Assembly (NCBI GenBank): GCA_002269645.1
Contig: NIVC01001922.1
Coordinates: 122,417-186,416 of the forward strand
DNA length: 64,000 bases
Source of the DNA: Macrostomum lignano
Taxonomy: Eukaryota
Direction of reading: 5' to 3'
Positions 1 to 10,693 of the stretch are shown here, one piece after another. The notes under the pieces were generated by a model, which saw only the letters and a program-made list of their open reading frames with translations, searched no databases and was not told the DNA's origin. Numbering within the stretch: the stretch's first letter is position 1; each line of letters starts with the position of its first letter. The position numbers were made by a program, and so were the translations under genes.

Positions 1-358
1 TGGGGATCAGCAGGTGTGACAGGTTGGGGATCAGCAGGTGTGACAGGTTGGGGATCAGCAGGTGTGACAGGTTGGAGATCAGCAGGTGTGACAGGTTGGG
101 GATCAGCAGGTGTGACAGGTTGGGGATCAGCAGGTGTGACAGGTTGGGGATCAGCAGGTCTGACAGGTTGGGGATCAGCAGGTCTGACAGGTTGGGGATC
201 AGCATGTCTGACAGGTTAGGGATCAGCAGGTCTGACAGGTTGGGGATCAGCAGGTCTGACAGGTTGGGGATCAGCAGGTCTGACAGGTTGGGATCAGCAG
301 GTCTGACAGGTTGGGGATCAGCAGGTCTGACAGGTTGGGGATCAGCAGGTCTGACAGA
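1..358 (+). repeat. 24-bp minisatellite (GGGGATCAGCAGGT[G/C]TGACAGGTT)
   Basis: About 15 tandem units; intronic to the mucin-like gene. Confidence 0.95.
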
Positions 359-472
359 TTGACCATTTTCGTATCAGGAGACCGATGGGGAATCGGAAAA
401 TTTTGAATTAATAAAGCAAGAGGACAATCGTCTCAAACTCTTTGCTAATCTCCCCCTTCCGTTGTGTTCCAG

Positions 473-3400
473 GCTGATCAACCTCCGCTACCAGATCGTC
501 ATGCGACGCGGCGGCCTGTCGGCTGTGACCGTGCGGCAGTACATTTTGGACCGCTTCGATCTGTGGAACCTGCTGTTCCCCTATTCCAACATTCGCACTA
601 CAGATATCCAAGGTACGGGCTGTACTTCAGTGCGGCGGTAACGCGTTCGGCCCTTGCGTCAGAGCAGCATGGCCACGTTTATTTAGGGCTGAGGGTTTGC
701 GATTCACGCCCATGAGGGCCAACTCCCCAAGGCACAGAGAGTGTACATGCCTGGCGATTCACGCCCATGAGGGCCAACTCCCCAAGGCACAGAGAGTGTA
801 CATGCCTGGCGATTCACGCCCATGAGGGCCAACCCCAAGGCACAGAGAGTGTACATGCCTGGCGATTCACGCCCATGAGGGCCAACCCCCCCAAGGCACA
901 GAGAGTGTACATGCCTGGCGATTCACGCCCATGAGGGCCAACCCCAAGGCACAGAGAGTGTACATGCCTGGCGATTCACGCCCATGAAGGCCAACCCCCC
1001 CAAGGCACAGAGAGTGTACATGCCTGGCGATTCACGCCCATGAGGGCCAACTCCCCAAGGCACAGAGAGTGTACATGCCTGGCGATTCGCGCCCATGAGG
1101 GCCAACTCCCCAAGGCACAGCGAGTGTACATGCCTGACCATTACGACTCTGTTTGAGTGTGTATGCGAGTGCGTTCCTGCGCTCAGTATTGGCGCTCTGG
1201 TATGTGCTCCGGGTCAGCGGGATCGGCAAGCCTGGCTGCTTCCTAAATTTTTTATCAGTAAAAACACGCCGAAGTCGCCCTACAAAACTAATTCCATTTA
1301 ACAGTCGAGCCCTCAAAGATGCACTGGTGGCAGTCGACTACCGCAGCGACACCGTTTAGCAAGGGCACGACGTCGGCAGCGAAGACCGCAGCAACGACAG
1401 CATCATCCACTGCTTCATCCACAGTATCACCTACAGTTTCATCGACAGCATCATCGACAGCATCATCGACAGCAGCCTCCTCAGCCACAACATCAGCCAC
1501 GACAAAAGTGACGTCATTGACGACAGCTTCAAAAGCGCCCACAGCTGTGACGACTGCAGCACCAACCACTGCCGTCACCACTACAGCTGCCCTCAGCACG
1601 GCGTCTGATGAGACTACTAAATCCACCGGGGTGACCACGCCGGCAACTGCTGCGACAACGACTGCAATAACTCCAACACCAGCTAAGCCTAGTGAACCTG
1701 CCAAACCCGTCTGTGAGTTGCCGAGAGAGGTTAAGGAAGATCTTGAGGAAGTGTGATCCTGGGGAAGTGTGATCCTGGGAAAGTGTGATCCCGGGGAAGT
1801 GTGATCCTGGGGAAGTGTGATCTTGGGGAAGTGTGATCTTGGGAAAGTGTGATCCCGGGGAAGTGTGATCCTGGGGAAGTGTGATCTTGGGGAAGTGTGA
1901 TCCTGGAACAAGGAAAGGTTCTGAATGAGTTGGATTACATTTCGATTAAGATTCAGCTGAACATTGTCTTCATTTCTGCAGCTCAGGTGCGAATCCGCCA
2001 CCTGGCCATTGTGGAAATTCGCAGCCAATTAAAAAACTGGAACTCCACCAGCACGGGGACCGTCGCTTTGACTGAGATTCTTAAAGAGACGGTGAGTTGG
2101 ATTATCATTCACGTACTGTAGATAGTTTCTGTAAAATCCCAGCTATGGCAATTTGAATGAGCTTAATGCCTCCTGCGCCTGATTCTCAACAGATTCGCCA
2201 GTGCTACTACTTCGGCTCCGAGCACCAGGCTCTTAAGCTGGGCGTCCTTGACGACAAATTTCAGCTTATTGGCTTCTCCGAGTGAGTTCGACGATAGATC
2301 AGCTGCCCATCCCACCTGTCTATACCACCTGTCCCGTGTCTATCCCACCTGTCTATACCACATGACTATCCTCTGTCTATCCCCTGTATATCCCCTGTCT
2401 ATCCCACCTGTCTATCCACCTGTTTATTCCCTATCTATCCCACCTGCCTATCCCCTGTCTATTCCACCTGTCTATCCACCTGTTTATTCCCTATCTATCC
2501 CACCTGCCTATCCCCTGTCTATTCCACCTGTCTATCCACCTGTTTATTCCCTATCTATCCCACCTGCCTATCCCCTGTCTATCCCACCTGTCTATCCACC
2601 TGTTTATTCCCTATCTATCCCACCTGCCTATCCCCCGTCTATCCCACCTGTCTATCCACCTGTTTATTCCCTATCTATCCCACCTGCCTATCCCCTGTCT
2701 ATCCCACCTGTCTATCCACCTGTTTATTCCCTATCTATCCCACCTGCCTATCCCCCGTCTATCCCACCTGTCTATCCACCTGTCTATTCCCTATCTATCC
2801 CACCTGTCTATCCCCTATCTATCCCACCTGTCTATTCCCTATCTATCCCAACTGTCTATTCCCTATCTATCCCACCTGTCTATTCCCTATCTATCCCAAC
2901 TGTCTATTCCCTATCTATCCCACCTGTCTATTCCCTATCTATCCCACCTGTCTATCCCCTGTCTATCCACCTGTCTATTCCCTATCTATCCCACCTGTCT
3001 ATTCCCTATCTATCCCAACTGTCTATTCCCTATCTATCCCACCTGTCTATTCCCTATCTATCCCACCTGTCTATCCCCTGTCTATCCACCTGTCTATTCC
3101 CTATCTATCCCACCTGTCTATTCCCTATCTATCCCACCTGTCTATCCCCTGTCTATCCACCTGTCTATTCCCTATCTATCCCACCTGTCTATTCCCTATC
3201 TATCCCACCTGTCTTAACCCCTGTCTATCCTAACTGTTTATCCCCTGTCTATCCCGCCTGTTTATCGCAATGTCTATCCCAAGTGCCTATTCCCTATCTA
3301 TACTATAATCTGCCCATCAATTCTATCTCTTGATAAAATCCCATCTGTTTGCCTGTTCCAGTGCAACATTCCTGCAGTTTAAAGCGAAGTACAGCCTTTC

Positions 3401-6400
3401 TGTCAGCAATGCCTCTGTGTCGAAGGAGGAGGTGCACAAAACGTTTTCCACCGGCTGGGATCAGAGACAGCTCAAGAGCATGCTGAGCAATGCCTTACTG
3501 CACAATATCGAAAGTGAGTGGGACTGCTCTCATTGGGCTTCGACTAGCTCGTATCCTAACTCGGCCTCTTCTGAATCCCATCAACCTCTTCTGAATCCCA
3601 TCAGCCTCTTCTGAATCCCATCAGCCTCTTCTGAATCCCATCAACCTCTTCTGAATCCCATCAGCCTCTTCTGAATCCCCATCAGCCTCTTCTGAATCCC
3701 ATCAACCTCTTCTGAATCCCATCAGCCTCTTCTGAATCCCCATCAGCCTCTTCTGAATCCCATCAACCTCTTCTGAATCCCCATCAGCCTCTTCTGAATC
3801 CCATCAGCCTCTTCTGAATCCCATCAGCCTCTGCTGAATCCCATCAGCCTCTTCTGAATCCCATCAACCTCTTCTGAATCCCCATCAGCCCACTTCTGAA
3901 TCCCATCAGCCTCTTCTGAATCCCCATCAGCCTCTTCTGAATCCCATCAGCCTCTTCTGAATCCCATCAACCTCTTCTGAATCCCCATCAGCCTCTTCTG
4001 AATCCCCATCAGCCTCTTCTGAATCCCCATCAGCCTCTTCTGAATCCCCATCAGCCTCTTCTGAATCCCATCAGCCTCTTCTGAATCCCATCAACCTCTT
4101 CTGAATCCCCATCAGCCTCTTCTGAATCCCCATCAGCCTCTTCTGAATCCCCATCAGCCTCTTCTGAATCCCCATCAGCCTCTTCTGAATCCCCATCAGC
4201 CTCTTCTGAAGCGCATCAGATAGCAAGCACAGCGAGACCTACACCCCAACCCTGACCCTAACCAACTGCCTTGTCCCGCCCGCAGTTGTGCCATCCAGCG
4301 AGCCGGAGAATGATCGCGAATCGGCGCTGGTGTACCTGTTCACTATGCTGAGCTCGACCAACGATTCGAGCGGTAATGAACTCAGCAAACTAGCCCAGTC
4401 CCAGGTAACTTGTTGTTATATTTATTTCAGTGTGAACCGAGCGCATGCGTTGAGTTCTTTGGCTTTTATCAAGAGATAGGTCTAAAGCTATATTCGCCGC
4501 ATCATCGCTTGCCATTTTCAGTTTGCCGGCCTCTACCTGCACACTAAATTGGTGAAGTTGCACCACGTAGAGCTGCAGTTGGCGGATAGGTGCGCTCGAG
4601 CTTAACTAATGAACATATTTTATATTTATGCACACGCTAAAACTTTGTAGCGAATTGATGCTGAAAGCGGGGTTCAATTTGGAGTGTAAAATGCATTTAG
4701 CTATAACGTCAAGTTTTAGAAGAGGTGCAGACTGAGATAAGGTACGATGCAGAATGCGGTCACAGGCGCAGAATGAGGTCACGGGCGCAGAATGAGGTCA
4801 CGGGCACAGAATGAGGTCACAGGTGCAGATGAGGTCACAAGTACAGAATGCGGTCACAGGCGCAGAATGAGGTCACAGGCGCAGAATGAGGTCACGGGCA
4901 CAGAATGAGGTCACAGGTGCAGATAAGGTCACAAGTACAGAATGAGGTCACAGGTGCAGAATGAGGTCAGGTTATCCAGTAACCCAGCATTCACTGCTCA
5001 GAGTAACCCAATCGTTCCCAAACCGCCTGCAGTTCCGTGTCGCATCAGGTCAGCGCCAAGCTGCTTCTGGACCTGGAGGTCAACGCTCGCGGCCACCACG
5101 TCAGCGACATCGTCAGCTTCGAGACTCACGCTGGCCTCGGGCGAGTCCGAGCCGCCTCCCAGCTGAAGATTGTCGATGGATTCTTTGTCCCCGGTAGGTG
5201 CCGCCATTGTCTCGCTGCAATTTTGCAGTCCATCACGAGCCTCAGTAATTAATAAGCATTCCTTCCCTCTGCAGTCATGCACTCCAACAGCTTCAACAAG
5301 CGCCGCGTCTACAAACTGATGCCCGTCTTGATCAAGATTCGGATTGAGAAATCAGAGTTCATGTTCGATCTGCAGAACAGTGTGCTCACTCCGCTGCTCG
5401 AGTACCAGGTTGCTAGGAAGGTGTGTTTGCGATTTCCTTTTGTTTGCTTGATAGGCAATCTTTCATGGCGCAATAGGCGCAGGGACAGTGAGGTGGACAG
5501 GTGAGGTTGACAGGTGAGCTGGACAGGTGAGCTGGACAAGTGAGGTGGACAGGTGAAGTGGACAGGTGAGCTGGACAAGTGAGGTAGACAGGTGAGGTGG
5601 ACAGGCGATGTGGACAAGTAAGATAGACAGGCGAGGTGGACAAGTAAGATAGACAGGCGAGGTGGACAAGTAAGATAGACAGGCGAGGTGGACAAGTAAG
5701 ATAGACAGGCGAGGTGGACAATTAAAGTGGAAGACGAAGTAGCAAAGTATTAAGTAGATGGGCAGGTGACTGCTTTTATGAGCAGGAACTAACGAGTGAG
5801 GATACAGTTGAATCCTAAGCTTGGGCTTGTGAGGATGGGATAATTCTTCATTCGGGCCTCAAGTTTACACAGACAGAGAGAGGGTTTGAGAGCTCAGCTG
5901 TATTCAATTCAATGCCCAGATGCATGTTGACACTTTCAGTTGGAGACGGCTTTCGGAGCAAAACGGCACTATTCTGCTCTGGGTGTTAAAGCCTATTCGA
6001 TTGACAAACTGGCTAGGTGAGCTGGTCTTGCGGACTTTGCTCGGAAATAGTCGAAGCATTTGAATTTTTCTCATACCATTCCTACCCCTGCCCTCAGCAA
6101 CAAATTCGCAGTTGGCATCGTCGCCAAAATTGGACTGCTCAACGCGCAGCTGGATCACGACGTTTTGGCCCTGTTGTCGGACGTTAGAACAGCCTACGAT
6201 GTAATCCACATGAACTGTGAGTCCGCTGCGATTGGGAATTTGAAGCTGTCTTTTTGAAAGGTCACAAAAATAAGATTCCACCCATTTCACGTTTTCGTTC
6301 TCACCAAAACTTGGAGCTTTATGAAAAAGACTAATTTAAGGTGTATTTTTGTATTCTTGAAAAAACGACTTTTTTACTTGCAAGTATAAAAATACAGAAA

Positions 6401-8723
6401 TTGACCTATTTATTGAAAAAAGATCGATTTCGAACCGTCTTCCAATCCCGGAATTATCATCTGTATTTACTTTTTTAACTTGCTTTTTCTGAGTGCAGGT
6501 TAATGTTATTTCTGCAGGAATTATCGCTCCAAAAAATTAAGATTTAAAATCAGATTTCGATGAAAAACTAGCAACCAGCTATTAGTTTCGAACAAGTTTG
6601 TGTTGTGAAAATGAGCTTTTAATTTGGTTAAGCGATTTGTTTGTCTGCTCGCTTGGATTAAATAAAATGACTAGGGGGGTAGAGGAAGAGAAAGGGGTTT
6701 TCCAAGATCAATGTACAGGGGCAGAGAATGTACATAGCAGCGCCAGCTAATAAAAATCTGTGGGCCAAACAACCCCCCGCTGGGCCACGGCCCGCGCACT
6801 AGGCGAGGGTAATGAAATAAAAGCGATGTACGCAGACCGGTCAGTCCTCCCCTTAAACGGCCCTATGTACATCTGCAAGCTTTTTCCGCTTAAATATAAA
6901 TTGACCTTGAAGGTCACCGCAGCTTAAATCAACCAATTCCCCTTCTTCGCAGGGCCGCTAGGCGCCTTCTCTGCTACGTCCGGCCCGCCAATTCGCATCA
7001 TGCGCCTGGAGCACCAGCTTCAGATTTCTGGACTGGGCTTTGCCGGCGACGCCGCGGCGGCCGGCGCCCAATTCTCCAGAGAGTTCACGCAGAACTTTGT
7101 CTGCGATAGTGTAAGCCAAATTCTGAGACTCGGATGAGGAAAATCATTGGCCCAGTGCTCTCAATTTTTTTGTTAATTATTTACAGAATCCTCGTTTTTT
7201 TATTCTAGATCGGCTTCATCTATAACTTTGAAACTCCGTCTGCTATCAGCAATTGTTCGTGCAGCTTTGCTCTGTCTGGAACGTAAGTGGGATTGAAATC
7301 GACCCCCCTCTTCCCAAATTGTTATTAACAGTGCATGTCTTGCTGTGCCTGTTTTATGCCTTCCAGTGGCCTACTCTACCGTCTCCCCGTTCTCTCTTGT
7401 CCCCCCATGCCCTCCCTCGTCTCCCCGTGCCCTCTCTCGTCTCCCCGGAGTTTCTTCACCAGCCTCTTTCCGCTTGTCAACCTTGCAGCGAGCAGACTAA
7501 AATCTTTGCAAAGTACACAATGACTTTCTCAACGGCCGAGAGCAGCCTGTTCAATCAAGCCACTGTGGAGCGAGTGTTCAACAAGGGGCTGCTGCTGTTC
7601 AATGCAGAATTTTCCGGCGGGCATCCGATGACTTCCTTGAGCGGTGAGTCTGAGCTGAACTTAACGCACCTGCCATGCTGCTTGGCCGCCTGTTTGTAAT
7701 GCCTTCAATGTCTTTGCTTAATCAGTTTCGGCTTGTCTTTTTTATCTGCTTGTCTGTCTGCCTGTCCATCTACTGCTTGTCTGTCTCTGCCTGTCCATCT
7801 ACTGCTTGTCTGTCTCTACACCTGTCCTCCCCTCCCCAGTCGCCGTGTCCGCCAGTCTGGACGTGTCTCGCAGTCGGGCGTCCCAGGTGCAGCTGCAGGC
7901 CGAGCCGCCAAGCCTGGAGTCTTTGCCCGAGGCCCAGCGCCGCATCCTTGCCGAGCTGGCCGCGTCCATTGTCGCCGAGGCCGAGGCCGGCGGCGCCAGC
8001 CCGAGCGACACGACGCCTGTCAGCTCGAGGCTCGAATCGCCGCTGCCTGAGGCCGCCGAGCCGCTGCAGCAGAAGCCGCCGAGCAGCGGCGAAGTCCTCC
8101 TGCTCGGCGTTGGCCTGGGCGTGGTCTCCGCCGCCGGCGCCGTAACGGCCATCGCCATCTGCCTCTACCTGGCCTGGCGGCTGCGCAGCTGGCGGCGGAA
8201 TCGGCAGCGACTGCGAATGGCTGCCGCGCCAGCCGAGGACACCGCGGCCGTCAATCCGCGCTTTCAGGATGATGACAGCTTTTCTGGCGCCCACCTGTCT
8301 CTGAAGTCCGGTGAGCTCTCACTATTCACTCATCCACTCACTCGCTTATTCACTCATCCCTTCACTCACTCACTCACTCACTCACTTATTCACTCATGCA
8401 CTCACTCGCTTATTCACTCATCCACTCACTCACTCACTCACTCACTCACTTATTCACTCATCCACCCAGTCGCTTATTCACTCATCCACTCATTCACTCA
8501 CTCACTCACTTATTCACTCATCCACTCACTCACTCACTAGCTGACTGGTTCACTCATTCACCCAACTGTCTCAAATTGCAATCGGACTCATTCGCAATAA
8601 CCGCCTAGCAACTGAATGCCGCCCGCAGCGAAGGCCCCCGGCAGCCGGCAGCCGCAGGCGCGCCTTCATCGGGGCAGCTTGTCGGACAGCCAGAGAGGCT
8701 CCAGCTCCGCCCTGCTGTCCTGA
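473..8723 (+). CDS. 3' part of a large mucin-like single-pass membrane protein with SEA-like modules (5' exons lie upstream of the window)
   Basis: Phase-consistent GT-AG exon chain: 473-612, 1305-1712 (Ser/Thr/Ala-rich mucin exon), 1982-2091, 2193-2281, 3362-3513, 4286-4404, 4522-4589, 5033-5193, 5275-5420, 5940-6016, 6098-6200 (or 6216), 6953-7110, 7209-7282, 7489-7643, 7840-8310, 8629-8723. Exon 7840-8310 has a hydrophobic TM stretch LLLGVGLGVVSAAGAVTAIAICLYLAW followed by basic RLRSWRRNRQR. The SEA-like call rests on strand-helix patterning (LEHQLQISGLGF...FSREF; TKIFAKYTMTF...TVERVFNKGL), not on a profile search. The junction after 6200/6216 and the last-exon frame are uncertain. Confidence 0.7.
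697..1135 (+). repeat. About 55-bp minisatellite
   Basis: About 8 units GGCGATTCACGCCCATGAGGGCCAACTCCCCAAGGCACAGAGAGTGTACATGCCT in intron 613-1304. Confidence 0.95.
1740..1908 (+). repeat. 17-bp minisatellite (GGGGAAGTGTGATCCTG)
   Basis: About 10 units in intron 1713-1981. Confidence 0.93.
2308..3300 (+). repeat. CTATCCCACCTGT-type minisatellite with 60-bp higher-order period
   Basis: The sequence repeats at exact 60-bp spacing over 2401-2820, then switches to shorter periods. Confidence 0.93.
3575..4210 (+). repeat. 20-21-bp minisatellite (CTCTTCTGAATCCC[C]ATCAGC)
   Basis: About 30 units in intron 3514-4285. Confidence 0.95.
4748..4970 (+). repeat. 19-bp minisatellite (CAGAATGAGGTCACAGGCG)
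   Basis: About 11 units in intron 4590-5032. Confidence 0.9.
5487..5720 (+). repeat. 13-bp / 26-bp GGACAGGTGAG minisatellite
   Basis: Tandem units in intron 5421-5939. Confidence 0.9.
8320..8540 (+). repeat. (CACT)n-based degenerate microsatellite
   Basis: Fills intron 8311-8628. Confidence 0.9.
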
Positions 8724-8929
8724 GTTGACCTTCCCTGACCCCGAGGCCGGCTCACTGAACAGGAAACATTATGGACTTGAGACGGAGAGACAAACCCTGG
8801 GAAGTGGCAGTACCTGCTGCTCTGGTTTTTATTTCCTAAGCGATATGGATTATTAATATTTCTGCTTTTAAAGTCCTTCTGCGAATCTCTCAATTCATTT
8901 TCTTGATTGCCCGCATTCTTAATGTCGCT

Positions 8930-10228
8930 GCCCAGGTGAGAATTGGTCCCCACCGCATGGCTGATAAGTCAGCAACAAATCTGACACCAACAACTAGCAT
9001 CACACAGGTGAGAATTGGTCCCCACCGCATGGCTGATAAATCAGCAACAAATCTGACACCAACAACTAGCATCACACAGGTGAGAATTGGTCCCCACCGC
9101 ATGGCTGATAAATCAGCAACAAATCTGATACCAACAACTAGCATCACACAGGTGAGAATTGGTCCCCACCGCATGGCTGATAAATCAGCAACAAATCTGA
9201 TACCAACAACTAGCATCACACAGGTGAGAATTGGTCCCCACCGCATGGCTGATAAATCAGCAACAAATCTGATACCAACAACTAGCATCACACAGGTGAG
9301 AATTGGTCCCCACCGCATGGCTGATAAATCAGCAACAAATCTGACACCAACAACTAGCATCACACAGGTGAGAATTGGTCCCCGCCGCATGGCTGATAAA
9401 TCAGCAACAAATCTGATACCAACAACTAGCATCACACAGGTGAGAATTGGTCCCCACCGCATGGCTGATAAATCAGCAACAAATCTGATACCAACAACTA
9501 GCATCACACAGGTGAGAATTGGTCCCCACCGCATGGCTGATAAATCAGCAACAAATCTGACACCAACAACTAGCATCACACAGGTGAGAATTGGTCCCCA
9601 CCGCATGGCTGATAAATCAGCAACAAATCTGACACCAACAACTAGCATCACACAGGTGAGAATTGGTCCCCACCGCATGGCTGATAAATCAGCAACAAAT
9701 CTGATACCAACAACTAGCATCACACAGGTGAGAATTGGTCCCCACCGCATGGCTGATAAATCAGCAACAAATCTGATACCAACAACTAGCATCACACAGG
9801 TGAGAATTGGTCCCCACCGCATGGCTGATAAATCAGCAACAAATCTGATACCAACAACTAGCATCACACAGGTGAGAATTGGTCCCCACCGCATGGCTGA
9901 TAAATCAGCAACAAATCTGACACCAACAACTAGCATCACACAGGTGAGAATTGGTCCCCACCGCATGGCTGATAAATCAGCAACAAATCTGATACCAACA
10001 ACTAGCATCACACAGGTGAGAATTGGTCCCCACCGCATGGCTGATAAATCAGCAACAAATCTGATACCAACAACTAGCATCACACAGGTGAGAATTGGTC
10101 CCCACCGCATGGCTGATAAATCAGCAACAAATCTGACACCAACAACTAGCATCACACAGGTGAGAATTGGTTCCCCCCGCATGGCTGATAAATCAGCAAC
10201 AAATCTGACACCAACAACTAGCATCACA
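8930..10228 (+). repeat. 69-bp near-perfect minisatellite, about 19 units
   Basis: Unit CAGGTGAGAATTGGTCCCCACCGCATGGCTGATAAATCAGCAACAAATCTGA[C/T]ACCAACAACTAGCATCACA. Confidence 0.97.
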
Positions 10229-10472
10229 AGAGTAGCAGACACAGGAGAGCATTCTCACCTGGCGGCAATCCGATTTTGTCTTTCGTAGCCAATATTAATG
10301 AATAATGCTTTCTATTGTGTTTAAATCTGCCTTTTAGCAGTGCGGAGATCATCGTGGCTCTGAATTCGCTTTTTACCCGGCAAGTGTTGAGCTGCCCTCG
10401 GCTAGTGAAATACACGAATAGTTTTCCTTTGTTTTCGTTTTCGTTGCATATGAAAGCGCCCGCTTTTCGTGA

Positions 10473-10478
10473 TTTATT
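10473..10478 (-). promoter_or_regulatory. Candidate polyadenylation signal AATAAA for the NCS gene
   Basis: TTTATT on + at 10473-10478, about 215 nt past the NCS stop. Confidence 0.4.
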
Positions 10479-10515
10479 TGCTTCTAATTAGTTTAATATA
10501 AGTTGCTGTATTAGG

Positions 10516-10521
10516 AATAAA
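10516..10521 (+). promoter_or_regulatory. Candidate polyadenylation signal AATAAA for the mucin-like gene
   Basis: AATAAA at 10516-10521, downstream of a strong acceptor at 10288. Confidence 0.35.
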
Positions 10522-10693
10522 TATTTAATTAAGCCACCACAGCAATAAGTAGCAATAACAATAGGTGCTTTAAAAATCAGCTTGCAAAATAGCAACATTA
10601 AGCTGCATAATGGGATCAGAAAGTAGTCTCAATGCACGGAAAAATACTTGGCCAAAATTGGAGTGAAATTGTACAGTGCCAACTGCAAGCACC

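Noticed and set aside
2248-3333. 361-aa Pro/Tyr-rich ORF, and similar repeat ORFs at 16-17, 22.5-24.1, 27.3-27.8 and 51 kb
   Set aside because: All coincide with tandem repeats inside introns or intergenic DNA.
8890-10288. 450-461-aa ORFs on both strands
   Set aside because: Products of the 69-bp (23-codon) stop-free repeat; no unique domain, no credible start context.
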